Below are positions 10,561-20,292 of a stretch of 64,000 nucleotides of DNA, piece by piece. Source of the stretch: Methanotrichaceae archaeon (GTDB lineage Archaea; Halobacteriota; Methanosarcinia; Methanotrichales; Methanotrichaceae). The position numbers were made by a program, and so were the translations under genes. Each line of letters begins with the position of its first letter. Position 1 is the stretch's first letter. The stretch is from the NCBI GenBank assembly GCA_963803145.1, contig CAWDLW010000020.1, positions 96,001 to 160,000 of the forward strand, in the 5' to 3' direction. The notes under the pieces were generated by a model. The model worked only from the letters and a program-made list of their open reading frames with translations. It made no database searches and was not told the origin of the DNA.

Positions 10561-11139
10561 GTGATGTCCAGAGTGCTGGTTGGGGCTATCAAGGCTTTTG
10601 CGGCAACATTTCTATTAATCATCGTTTTAACTGTCTTCGTTACAGGATCGCAGGCTGCGGGCAAATTGGAAGGCTATAAACCCGTTCATGCCCTCGGTTC
10701 TGGCGAGGATGACTGGTGGATCGGCTATCCACCTCAGAGCTCTGGATCAGGCTCATTGATAATCCATCCGAAATGGGTCCAGGATTCCCTCAAGGATAAG
10801 CCAGTGCTTATCCTGGACCATTCAAGCAGCTGTACATCATGCGTAGTGCAAAAGGCAAATATAGAAAAGGCTCTTGCCGCTTACGGCAAAAATGTAACCT
10901 ATTATGACCTTTTAACCGATTCGCGTGATAAAAGAGCCTTTGAAGTTCTTAGTGTCTATGGCATTACTGGAAACTACGTGCCCACAACAGCCTTCATCAC
11001 ACTGATAAAAGGTCCTGATGGCAGGGTATCAGTTGCCTGGCACTCTGCAGAAGATGCGATGAGCGAAGGTGATGTCGTGTCCTACCTAAAGGATGCCATA
11101 TATTACTATCAGCAGAATGCACCTAGCTGGAATAAGTGA
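10561..11139 (+). CDS. Exported thioredoxin-like protein
   Basis: Signal/anchor helix; CTSC CxxC motif; YVPT cis-Pro motif. Confidence 0.75.
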   Translation: MMSRVLVGAIKAFAATFLLIIVLTVFVTGSQAAGKLEGYKPVHALGSGEDDWWIGYPPQSSGSGSLIIHPKWVQDSLKDKPVLILDHSSSCTSCVVQKANIEKALAAYGKNVTYYDLLTDSRDKRAFEVLSVYGITGNYVPTTAFITLIKGPDGRVSVAWHSAEDAMSEGDVVSYLKDAIYYYQQNAPSWNK

Positions 11140-11146
11140 TTGAAGA

Positions 11147-12535
11147 ATGGCTGAGGAAAGGTTGCTGCTGGCTAAAGCATTCTTTTTGCTTCTTATTGCC
11201 ACTGCAATTCTGAGCCTCTACACTCCAGCATCCGCAAGCAACAAGACCATTAATGCCCCTGATTTTACTGCTGTCAGTACAGACGGCAAAAACTTTTCAC
11301 TAAGCGACCTACGGGGAGAGCCAGTAGTTCTTCACATCACCAACATCGAGATACCACTTTGCAGAGAATGCGAGAAGGATCTTAAGGCCCAGGTGAAGGC
11401 ACTTGCTGATCTAAGGGCACTAGATCCAGGCATAAAAATCATCACCATCAACCTCAGAAAGAATCCTTACTCGAAGGATGGCAAATCATTGGCGGAGGGC
11501 TGGTGGAAGGTCAACATCACCTGGCCCTGGATAGAGGATATTGAGCCCTACAAGATCGGAAGCAAGTACATCGATTACTGGAATGTTCAAGGTGGTATGT
11601 CCAACCCCACGATCTTGCTGTTGGATAAGCAGGGCGGGATTGCAGGAGTCTATCATGTCTACCGCGTAGGCGGAGGAGATGTTGATGGTGTACAGAGTGC
11701 AGAAACCATTTATAAAAAGGTACAGGAGCTGAAAGGCTCTGGATGGACGGGTCTCGAAGGCGAGATCTCGCAGCAGAACGTCTCTGCTCTGGGTATGTTC
11801 ATTCTTGGAATTGTCACCTCGCTTGCACCGTGCTCAATAGCCCTTATGATTGCGGTCTTCTCCTATGTCCTGACCATGCGCCGTAAGGATGAGTACCTGC
11901 GAAAGAGCACCTCCACATCAAAAGAAGGCTTTATGATAGGCATTGCCTTTACCTTCGGCATGGCAGTGGTTTTCTTTGTGCTGGGTCTGTTTATATCCCA
12001 GGTTGGAATGTTCATCCGCGACTCCAGGGTCTTCGACTTCGTGGCAGGCACTATAATGGTTCTCCTGGGAATAAGTACCTTCAAGCCTCTGGGTGAGATT
12101 TTAGAGCCAGTGGCCTCCCGAATCAGGAGAGATCCGTCAGGCGAGACGGGAGAGGTCGGCGATAGCCTGCTTCACAAATTGATTAACGTATCCATCGGCC
12201 TTTTCAAGTATTCATCTCTCATTGGAGCCTTCACACTCGGCGTATTCTTCGCCCTGGGATGGGCGCCATGTGCTTTATCCATGGTTCTGCCTGTCTTGAT
12301 TTGGCTTGCAGCCCAGAATATCACACCACTGGGAGGAGGGATAATGCTCTTCATATTTGGCATGGGCCATGGAGTTCCTATAATTCCTATAGCTACCTTT
12401 TCAAGGGCAGTCGGCGGCAGGATCGGAGATCAGTACATATCAGTGGGAAAATGGACCACTAAATTTTTCGGGCTGCTAGTAATAATAGTAGGAGTAGTAT
12501 ATGCGGCGAGGTACTTCGGATATGTGCTGTGGTAA
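11147..12535 (+). CDS. ccdA: Redoxin domain fused to CcdA/DsbD-type transmembrane disulfide transporter
   Basis: APDFT..DGKNFSLSDLRGEPVVL...CREC; membrane part with LAPC and GWAPC. Confidence 0.85.
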   Translation: MAEERLLLAKAFFLLLIATAILSLYTPASASNKTINAPDFTAVSTDGKNFSLSDLRGEPVVLHITNIEIPLCRECEKDLKAQVKALADLRALDPGIKIITINLRKNPYSKDGKSLAEGWWKVNITWPWIEDIEPYKIGSKYIDYWNVQGGMSNPTILLLDKQGGIAGVYHVYRVGGGDVDGVQSAETIYKKVQELKGSGWTGLEGEISQQNVSALGMFILGIVTSLAPCSIALMIAVFSYVLTMRRKDEYLRKSTSTSKEGFMIGIAFTFGMAVVFFVLGLFISQVGMFIRDSRVFDFVAGTIMVLLGISTFKPLGEILEPVASRIRRDPSGETGEVGDSLLHKLINVSIGLFKYSSLIGAFTLGVFFALGWAPCALSMVLPVLIWLAAQNITPLGGGIMLFIFGMGHGVPIIPIATFSRAVGGRIGDQYISVGKWTTKFFGLLVIIVGVVYAARYFGYVLW

Positions 12536-12601
12536 TGTCAATTTCAAGCGCAATTTGGAGTTCGGTTTATTACAGTTTATTCCCATTTTGTATCGGGTTA
12601 G

Positions 12602-12844
12602 GTGGTACATATTAAGATAGAAATCCTTGGAACGAGTTGTGCCAAATGCAAGAGCCTAGCAAGGAATGTGGAAAAAGCGGTTTCTGAGACAGGCATTCAG
12701 GCAGAGGTAATCAAGGTGGACAGCATCCAAGAGATCATGAGCAGAGGAATCATGATGATCCCTGCCCTGATTATTGATGGAGAAACAAAATCCATCGGCA
12801 AGGCACTCAGCGTTGAGGAAATCAAAAAGCTCCTAAAGCAATAA
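12602..12844 (+). CDS. Small redox-active disulfide protein (thioredoxin family, MTH895-like)
   Basis: IEILGTSCAKC...GIMMIPALIIDGE. Confidence 0.9.
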   Translation: MVHIKIEILGTSCAKCKSLARNVEKAVSETGIQAEVIKVDSIQEIMSRGIMMIPALIIDGETKSIGKALSVEEIKKLLKQ

Positions 12845-12859
12845 ACTTATTCTGGATAA

Positions 12860-13357
12860 TCAAGACTTCAAAAGCCCTTCAAGCCTGGAAAGTATCTTTG
12901 TTCTCTGTATCTCCTTGAGACAGCGCCTATGGATCTCCTTCGCATGCTTATCGTTGACCTCAAGTATCTTATTTGCATCTACATTCGTCAAAGTTGATGT
13001 CAAAAAAAGCGATAGCTCCCAGTTGACGACATCGTTTATGAACTGAAAGTACCAGTATAATGACAGCAGATCCTTGAGAACATCATCAGGCATCTGGCGA
13101 TAAAGTCCCTTTATCTTTAGAAGATCCAAGCCAGATGTGTTCACCCTCATTAGCCCAATGTGGGTTCCTGCATTGAGCGAGAGCATATTATCCTTGATCT
13201 CCTGATATACGACCGCGATAGCGTTTTTAAAATCCTGCCTGGATTTCCTATACTCTCGCGCATCAATAAGGGAATGGGTCATAAAAACGCCTAGCAATGT
13301 TGCTGCCACGCCTATCAATATAAATGCCAGCTCTCCAAAGGAAATATCAACTGCCAT
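12860..13357 (-). CDS. Hypothetical membrane-anchored protein
   Basis: N-terminal TM helix followed by helical domain (EIKDN motif). Confidence 0.6.
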   Translation of the reverse strand: MAVDISFGELAFILIGVAATLLGVFMTHSLIDAREYRKSRQDFKNAIAVVYQEIKDNMLSLNAGTHIGLMRVNTSGLDLLKIKGLYRQMPDDVLKDLLSLYWYFQFINDVVNWELSLFLTSTLTNVDANKILEVNDKHAKEIHRRCLKEIQRTKILSRLEGLLKS

Positions 13358-13630
13358 CGCATCTGCTCCGGAGCGTTGCTTACAAGGTATATGCGGATGT
13401 TTTATTTTGGCTTTGCAGATCTAGAACAGACTGGGGCAATCCCACCAAATCCGGTTGGGTCAGTCAGCCTGAAGTTGATCTGCACCTCGAAGCTACATCA
13501 TTCTCTATTCTATAAGTGTTCTAATCCTTTTTATAAGTGATGTTCGAGATTACATATGCTGTGATTATGCTGCTGCCATATCAGTCTCAATTCCTAGTTA
13601 CCTTATTCAATTCCTCAGCGTATTCATCCA

Positions 13631-14989
13631 TTAGCGCATATATTTATAATGCCTGTATCCCTGTTCATCAATATTTACAAGCGCGAATTCATCCGATGGT
13701 TGTATTATGCTCTTCTCCATTCTGCCTTGATGAAGCGTTTCATACTCCTCAAGACTGATGGCTCTTCTTTCCGTGAGGATCTTCCAAACGTTTCTCAAAG
13801 GGAGCGTGACAATCTCAGGCTGAATTATCCCAGAGAAGACAGTGGCTGAACAGCCGCTCCCATATGAACCAAAGCAGATGCGTTCTCCTGGATGAAGATT
13901 CTGCCCCTCGGCAAGGCTTGCAAGCCCAAGGTAAATTGATCCCGTATAGATATTTCCCACCTGCCTGGATATCTGCGCTGATTCTTTTACCTTGGCATTA
14001 TATGCTCCCTGAAACATGCTAGTCTTCGAAAACTTCTTCTCGTAATTTGCAGCAGCTACGGAATAATCTTTTGGGTCTGCAAAATCCTCGAGTGCCGGCT
14101 CATTTCCTATCTCTTCCTCAATCTCATGCCATCGGGACAGATTTCTCCACTCACGCCTGAAGATGGCAGCAGCCGCATATTCCACCATTCTTGGGTAGGG
14201 GATGTGGAAGAGCAGGTGCTCGATATGGTCTGTCGCGCATTCATCCTCGGCTATATCTATAATCCCGCGCTGCTGTGCCTTTTTCACATAGGCAGCAAAG
14301 GCACTCTCCATTGCATTCAGATAGCAATCGTTGCTGTGTTTGCCGTTTACAACAGCGGTCTGCAGTCCAAGCGGCCTGAAGAAATCGTTCTCATCTCTGG
14401 TGAACACACCGAAGCTGCCCTCCAGGGCAACCAGGCGAGGATTTTTCTTAATAAGCAGCGAAACTGAGCCTGCGCCCTGGGTATACTCTCCTGACGAGCG
14501 GAGCTGATATCTGGCTATATCTGAGGTGACGACAACGCCCACCAGTCCATCATCTTCTACAGAAGACCAATAAAATAGATTCTCCAGAGCATGGGTCGTG
14601 CCTATGCAGGCGGATTTGAACTCGACAGTAGAGCACTCCTCAAATGAGCCCTGTCCATAGACCATCTCAAGCATGCCTATGACATAAGTTCCTATAGCCT
14701 TGGCTTCGTCCACGCCCGATTCAGTGCCAATATAGATCTTGCCAATATCGCCAGGATCGAGATCATTTCTGCGCATAAGGCCAAGCAGGGACATGGCAGC
14801 CATTGTCGCTGCATCCTCATGTTTATCCGGGATAGCCATACGTTCTATCCCTATTCCTTTTGTGAGCTTCCCTGGATCGATGCCCCTCGAGGCTGCAAAC
14901 TCTCCTGTTGTTGATATGAAAAGTTTAGGCACATAAACTGAAAGGTCGTCTATGCCCACTGGGTACCTGAGGCGCGTACTTATCATCAC
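13631..14989 (-). CDS. mvaS: Hydroxymethylglutaryl-CoA synthase (long, bacterial/haloarchaeal-like type)
   Basis: GTESGVDEAK, EFKSACIG (catalytic Cys), GEYTQGAGSV, FHIPY, GNIYTGS, SYGSG. Confidence 0.9.
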   Translation of the reverse strand: MMISTRLRYPVGIDDLSVYVPKLFISTTGEFAASRGIDPGKLTKGIGIERMAIPDKHEDAATMAAMSLLGLMRRNDLDPGDIGKIYIGTESGVDEAKAIGTYVIGMLEMVYGQGSFEECSTVEFKSACIGTTHALENLFYWSSVEDDGLVGVVVTSDIARYQLRSSGEYTQGAGSVSLLIKKNPRLVALEGSFGVFTRDENDFFRPLGLQTAVVNGKHSNDCYLNAMESAFAAYVKKAQQRGIIDIAEDECATDHIEHLLFHIPYPRMVEYAAAAIFRREWRNLSRWHEIEEEIGNEPALEDFADPKDYSVAAANYEKKFSKTSMFQGAYNAKVKESAQISRQVGNIYTGSIYLGLASLAEGQNLHPGERICFGSYGSGCSATVFSGIIQPEIVTLPLRNVWKILTERRAISLEEYETLHQGRMEKSIIQPSDEFALVNIDEQGYRHYKYMR

Positions 14990-15153
14990 TATTATCTCCT
15001 ATCTCCTGCTCTTATTCCCAGCTCTTTCCGATCAAGTATCCGAGAGCTGCACATATTGTTTTATAGTTTTTGCTGTCTTTCCCGGGCATTAACTAGATAA
15101 ATTATATTAATTAGAAGAACTAATATGATCATAACTTTATGAGGCAGGTGAGA

Positions 15154-15375
15154 ATGATGGATGGAAGTGTCTATAAGGTAATAGTACTGGTTGGGACTTC
15201 TCCGAAGAGCTGGGAAGAGGCAGTCCAGAATGTGGTTGCAACCGCAACTAAGAGTCTAAGAGATATGAGGATTGCTGAGGTAAAGGAGCTGGATGTAAGA
15301 TTGGAGAACGGCAAGATTGTAGAGTACAGGGCTAAAGTGAAGCTATCGTTCAAATACGAAATGGAACAAGATTGA
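15154..15375 (+). CDS. Dodecin family flavin-binding protein
   Basis: VYKVIVLVGTSPKSWEEAVQN...YRAKVKLSFKY. Confidence 0.9.
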   Translation: MMDGSVYKVIVLVGTSPKSWEEAVQNVVATATKSLRDMRIAEVKELDVRLENGKIVEYRAKVKLSFKYEMEQD

Positions 15376-15544
15376 TTTAATTATTTTTCAATGATATATC
15401 CAAAGGTAAGAATCTCTACCCTGGACGATATTTTTACGCCTTTGAGTCTCTGTAGTGAGGGCAAACAGCGCTAAACTATAGTTAATCATTGAGCTTATTG
15501 CCCTATAGATACATTTAATAATTAATGCGTGAAAATACATAGGC

Positions 15545-16042
15545 ATGGGTAGAAAACCTATAATAATTAGGCATATATCAAAGATAGACCTTGATAAATT
15601 ATATAAAAAAGAGACTGATCTAAGGATTAAGGAACGGTTATTGGCAATAATACATTTATATGAAGGGAAAAACGTATATGAGGTAGCTGATATTTTAAAA
15701 AGGGGCGAGAGGACAATAAAATATTGGTTAAGCAGATGGAATAATCAAGGCTATAATGGATTGACACCAAAGAATAGAAATGGCAAAAAGCCAAAGATGT
15801 CTCTTGATGAATGGGATAGAGTTATTAAAGAAATTGAAGACAAAGGAATGACGATAAAAGACGTATTAAAATATGTAAGGGATACAAGAGGTATAGATTT
15901 TTCATATAAATATGGCTGGCGAATTTTAAGAGTAGTGAAAAAAGTTAAGTATGGGAAACCATACATCAGAAATGAAAAGAGGCCTGCAGATGCAGAAAGT
16001 TTTTTAAAAAAGGATAAAATCAGTGCTGACCACTGTTACTGA
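15545..16042 (+). CDS. IS630 transposase, N-terminal HTH part (orfA)
   Basis: ERLLAIIHLYEG...TIKYWLSRWN..GYNGL; ends just after the T6A6 slippery site. Confidence 0.88.
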   Translation: MGRKPIIIRHISKIDLDKLYKKETDLRIKERLLAIIHLYEGKNVYEVADILKRGERTIKYWLSRWNNQGYNGLTPKNRNGKKPKMSLDEWDRVIKEIEDKGMTIKDVLKYVRDTRGIDFSYKYGWRILRVVKKVKYGKPYIRNEKRPADAESFLKKDKISADHCY

Positions 16043-16550
16043 TCCTGTTATAGGATTTCTTGATGAAAGCTCTTTACAACAGCGCCCTAATACACGTAGA
16101 GTCTTAAACACTCATTTAATAAATTATAAACCTGGAAAGGTTAGATCAAGAACTATTTTTGGATTTATAGCATTAAATGGCAATGATGAGGTTATGGTTT
16201 CCAACTCCTCTAAGAAGGAAGCGTTGATGGCATTTGCTCAAAATATAAGAAATAATAATATTATGAGGCCAATTTGTATACTTTTAGATAATGCTAGAAT
16301 TCATTTGGCCAAGAAATTTAGAAAACTAGCTGAGGAAATCGATATTCACTTAATTTATAATATCCCCTATTCACCAGATTTGAATCCTATAGAATTCGGT
16401 TGGAAGGATTTCAAAAGAGAGATCGCCAAATACACTGATTTCGATGAAGCTATTATAGCTAGCCAAGATTGCGCTTTAGAAATATTTTATTCCAAAAAGG
16501 ATGGATATTCAAAGTCCTGGGTGGAGCGATTTCTTAGTGCAAAAAGCTAG
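16023..16550 (+). CDS. IS630 transposase, DDE catalytic part (orfB, reached by frameshift)
   Basis: FLDES, LDNARIH, PYSPDLNPIE. Confidence 0.9.
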   Translation: MLTTVTDPVIGFLDESSLQQRPNTRRVLNTHLINYKPGKVRSRTIFGFIALNGNDEVMVSNSSKKEALMAFAQNIRNNNIMRPICILLDNARIHLAKKFRKLAEEIDIHLIYNIPYSPDLNPIEFGWKDFKREIAKYTDFDEAIIASQDCALEIFYSKKDGYSKSWVERFLSAKS

Positions 16551-16659
16551 GAGATTAACTATAAATGCGCATAAGACATGAAGAACTTTTTTTGAGGTTC
16601 TGAGATTTCTTCGCTATCCTCGTTATATATCTTCAAATACAAAAGGAAACTGATCAAGC

Positions 16660-17466
16660 CTAAAACGTCGAGCAATTGCCTTCGTTAGTAAGCTTGATCT
16701 CAAATAGGCTCGGCCAGAGCTTTCCAGTAACAAACAGCCGGTCGCCAGTGGAATCATAGGCTATGCCGTTGAGAACATCCGTATTTTCGCGTACCTTCTC
16801 GCTTAACAATCCCTGCAGGTCGACCCAGGCTTTGACCTCGCCATTTCCTGGTGAGATGATTGCGATTTTATCTGTAAGCCAGACGTTGGCATAAACCATG
16901 CCCTTGATGTACTCCAGCTCATTCAAATCATTTACCGGCTTGCCGTTATCCGTTACTTTTATCTGTCCAACTACATTGAAGGTTCCAGGATCAAGGAAGT
17001 AAAGGGTATCTGTGCCATCGCTCATTATCAGGTGCTTGCCGTCTGTTGTGAGTCCCCAGCCTTCTGTATTATACGTAAAGCTATCTACAAGGCTCAGATT
17101 ATCCTTATCGTACACTAAGCCTGTGCCCGACTGCCATGTGAGCTGAATAATATGGTCGTTCCGCACAGTGATCCCTTCACCGAAGAACGAATCAGGAAGA
17201 CTTACCTCTTCAAGAACTTTGCCTGTCTTGATATCGACCTTACGTAATGTGGATTTGCCATCAAGGCCTGTGCTTTCGTAAAGTATGCCTTTATCATAAA
17301 CAAGGCCCTCAGTGAATGCCCCTGTATCATGAGGATAGGTGTTTATGATCTTGTAGCCGTAAGTTGGAACACAGAAATTAGATGCGTTCTCTGCCTCTGC
17401 GGTCACCGAAAGAACCACTGCAAACACTGCAGCTATCAGAAGAACCCGGAGTAATTTTCCAATCAT
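16660..17466 (-). CDS. Secreted glutaminyl-peptide cyclotransferase (plant/bacterial beta-propeller type)
   Basis: Signal peptide; PHDTGAFTEGL, ESTGL.G, FGEG, QLTW, EGWG, SDGT, LNELEY, NVW, VLNGIAY, TGKLWP. Confidence 0.95.
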   Translation of the reverse strand: MIGKLLRVLLIAAVFAVVLSVTAEAENASNFCVPTYGYKIINTYPHDTGAFTEGLVYDKGILYESTGLDGKSTLRKVDIKTGKVLEEVSLPDSFFGEGITVRNDHIIQLTWQSGTGLVYDKDNLSLVDSFTYNTEGWGLTTDGKHLIMSDGTDTLYFLDPGTFNVVGQIKVTDNGKPVNDLNELEYIKGMVYANVWLTDKIAIISPGNGEVKAWVDLQGLLSEKVRENTDVLNGIAYDSTGDRLFVTGKLWPSLFEIKLTNEGNCSTF

Positions 17467-17808
17467 TATTGTCTCTCTTATCTAGCGACCTCATGCCATA
17501 GATAGCTTTTCGTTTCTTATAGATCTCAGCCTGATCTACCAAAATTTAAGTAAAAGGGAGCCTGCCCCCAAGCTAACCCCATAGCAGCTTAACACAATCG
17601 ACCTGTTAATTTTAGGTAAAACCGACCGTGAAGTATCTGAACTAGTCGGTGTCAGGCGTGAACAATCATAAAATGGCACAAAAACCCGTTTTTTTATCGC
17701 AAAATTGAACAATTCTACGATTTCATTTATGGAATTAAGGTGATAGCAGTGCTATTTATACATTCACCGCCAATAATTATTATCAAAGTATCCATTAGAG
17801 GATTGAAT

Positions 17809-18639
17809 ATGAAGTCGTATAAATTATTTCAAGTCCTACTGGCCCTAATTTTATTGACTTGTTTATCAGGAGTCCAAGGGCAGTACAATGCATCAACCGT
17901 TGGGTATTCCGGGCAGTATAACACGCAGACAATTGGGTATTCAACCGCCGCACCAAGTTCTGCTCAGGCCACTGCTCCGTACGCTCAGTTCTACACTACG
18001 AACGCAGGACCCGCTCCCAGCAATCCTATCAGCGCACCACAACAATATAATATCTCTGGCAACATGCCTGCTACGGCATATTTTAGCAATCAGATGCAGT
18101 CGGTGCCATTTTCTCAGTATCAATCAAATCCAACATACGGAGAAAGCAACTCATTGTGGATAAAGGGTTCAACGGCTTGGTCACAGTATGCAATAGTTCC
18201 CGTAGGAGCTACCGTACAGCTTTTAGCGATCTCTCCTTCTGGTGGCGGCAGTGGGCTTTTCAATATTGTGGATTCTAATGGGCAAACTAATAGCTACAAC
18301 TACTTCTTCTACCCAAATAGCCAATTGACTTTCTATGCTGGCACTCCAGGACAGCACACTCTTACTTTCAACATCAGAGGGGTGGCAAGTAATCCTGTGG
18401 TAATAGACGTAGCGGGCACTATGACAATGACGTACAATCCGACAGTTCCGACAGGCAACTACTACCCACCGACAGGCAGTTACAACCCAACAATTTACCC
18501 TGGATACAATGGGCCATACTACGGTCCTCAGTCGGCATTAGACCTTGCAGACTTGAACAAAGCATACCAGAAACTGTATGGCGATTATTATAATGGTTTC
18601 TGGAGCTACGGCATGTATCCCTGGTTAAATGCTCCTTAG
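17809..18639 (+). CDS. Secreted hypothetical protein (paralogue of 47218-48009)
   Basis: Signal peptide from MKSYK; shares NSLWI.G...W.QYA.VP.G and FYA.T.GQH with the 47 kb gene. Confidence 0.75.
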   Translation: MKSYKLFQVLLALILLTCLSGVQGQYNASTVGYSGQYNTQTIGYSTAAPSSAQATAPYAQFYTTNAGPAPSNPISAPQQYNISGNMPATAYFSNQMQSVPFSQYQSNPTYGESNSLWIKGSTAWSQYAIVPVGATVQLLAISPSGGGSGLFNIVDSNGQTNSYNYFFYPNSQLTFYAGTPGQHTLTFNIRGVASNPVVIDVAGTMTMTYNPTVPTGNYYPPTGSYNPTIYPGYNGPYYGPQSALDLADLNKAYQKLYGDYYNGFWSYGMYPWLNAP

Positions 18640-18967
18640 GAATCATGAGCCTGCATCCATCGAGTGGACTGAAAAGACATCGAGAGGATACCCTGATGAA
18701 GCAGAGGATATCAAAGCTGTCATGGCTTGCAGGGCCATTATGCAGAAGGTATTGGCTAAGTTCAACGGATGGGAGGTAAACTATGAGGCAATGGATGAGA
18801 TCGAGAAAGCCTTTGCCTTCCTCCTTGGAGAGTTCAATAGCTATGGACCTTGGAGCACTTGCAACTTTTCCTTTTTTAAGGGTTTACCTAATTCCATTTT
18901 ATTCTTTTAATTTTCGTCTGTTAAGGCAACTTTGGGTATATCCGGTTTGAAGCGATTGAACGACCTA

Positions 18968-19954
18968 TTACCATGCCTTACCTTCTGTAGGCTCTGGGAA
19001 CTGCGCAGTCTTTGGCGTCTTATAGCAAGTACAATCGAATATGCCATTAGCGCTTGCATCGAAGCCCTTCTTATCATAGACTTCCATTGAGGCACAATTG
19101 CCCGATTGATCTAGATTTTGTGCAGTAGCACTTGATATTTCTCCAGTCTCAACCGCTTCATTTAGCCCCATCTCTTGTGAAGGCGTAGGCATCGTTCCGT
19201 TATCCTCGCCTGGGTTCATGATGTCGAAACTATCCGCTAGACTACCGTTATCTACAGAGTGCGCTAATGGAACGGCGCCCCAAATCCAAAGATCGTTAGG
19301 CTTAATGGTGGTGTTATGTGTGTTGTTGAGATTAGCCAAAGCCGTTTTTCCACCGACCATTCTATACGGAGCTGCAAACATCTCAGCTATGTTTCTGTAG
19401 CCCTCGGCTGGCAGATGGTGAACCTCATCGAAGATTATTAGGCCAAACCTGTTCCCGAGCTTGTCTGCATGAATGTAGGCGGAATCATAAGTGGATACTG
19501 TTAAGGCTTTTATGTCCTGCTCACCTCCGCCCAAGACACCAACATCTATTCTGAACTCTTCCTTCAGCCTGGAGCGCCACTGGTCCACAAGATCAAGAGT
19601 CGGAGCTACTATAATAGTTGGAGTATTCAGGAGAGATATGGCCTCTATTCCGATAAGTGTTTTGCCGCTTCCTGTCGGAAGCACGATTATGCCACGTTTA
19701 TCGTTGGCTACCCAAGCATCGAGAGCTTGTTTCTGGTAATCTCTCAGCTTAATATTGCTTTGGAGCTCAGGACAGAGTATAAGGTTGAGAACGTAATCAT
19801 CGCAGTCAAAGCAGGATGTCTTTAGAAAATCGATGGTATCCTTATAATTCAGGGCCATTGTCCTGAACGCTTTAGATCGCTCATCCCAGGTAGAGTTGGG
19901 AACTCGTGCATTTCCTTTAATCAGGATGGTGCCTCGTTCAAAGGTAAGCTTCAT
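18968..19954 (-). pseudogene. Truncated XPB/Rad25-type SF2 helicase fused in frame to an unrelated C-terminal segment
   Basis: LRDYQ, LPTGSGKT, APTLDLVDQW, DEVHH present; similarity stops at APYRM (~19358) before motif III and the second RecA domain. Confidence 0.8.
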
Positions 19955-20292
19955 GGCCTTATGAACAAAGGGTCCGCGAGTTTAAAAGCCTTGAGAAGGC
20001 AGAGTGAATGTGAAACTAAGCATCCCAGGAAAATGCGCTCATCCTTTGATATGAATAGCAAGTTCGCGTAAATTGTGTCATTATCGGTGATCTGGTTATC
20101 AAGCGTTATTGATCATCGCCCCCCTTTATTGGAATGAATTAGTATGTTGGCTAAGAGCAGAGAAAAGGGTTGAGCACTAGTGGAAAGAGCAATCGAGGCA
20201 AAAGTGCATATTCAAAACCAGGATTTTAGTATACCGGTTTAAGTATCATCGGATTTGGAGATAATGCGTTGGATGCCTTCTGATGTATTGGT

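Larger units (their letters stand above)
15479..16561 (+). mobile_element. IS630-family insertion sequence (about 1083 bp)
   Basis: Imperfect ~30-bp IRs starting TAGTTAATC at both ends; TA dinucleotide on each side (15477-78, 16562-63); low GC. Confidence 0.92.

Noticed and set aside
18629-18910. 93-aa ORF overlapping the end of the secreted gene
   Set aside because: Looks like a gene fragment with no identifiable family or clear start.
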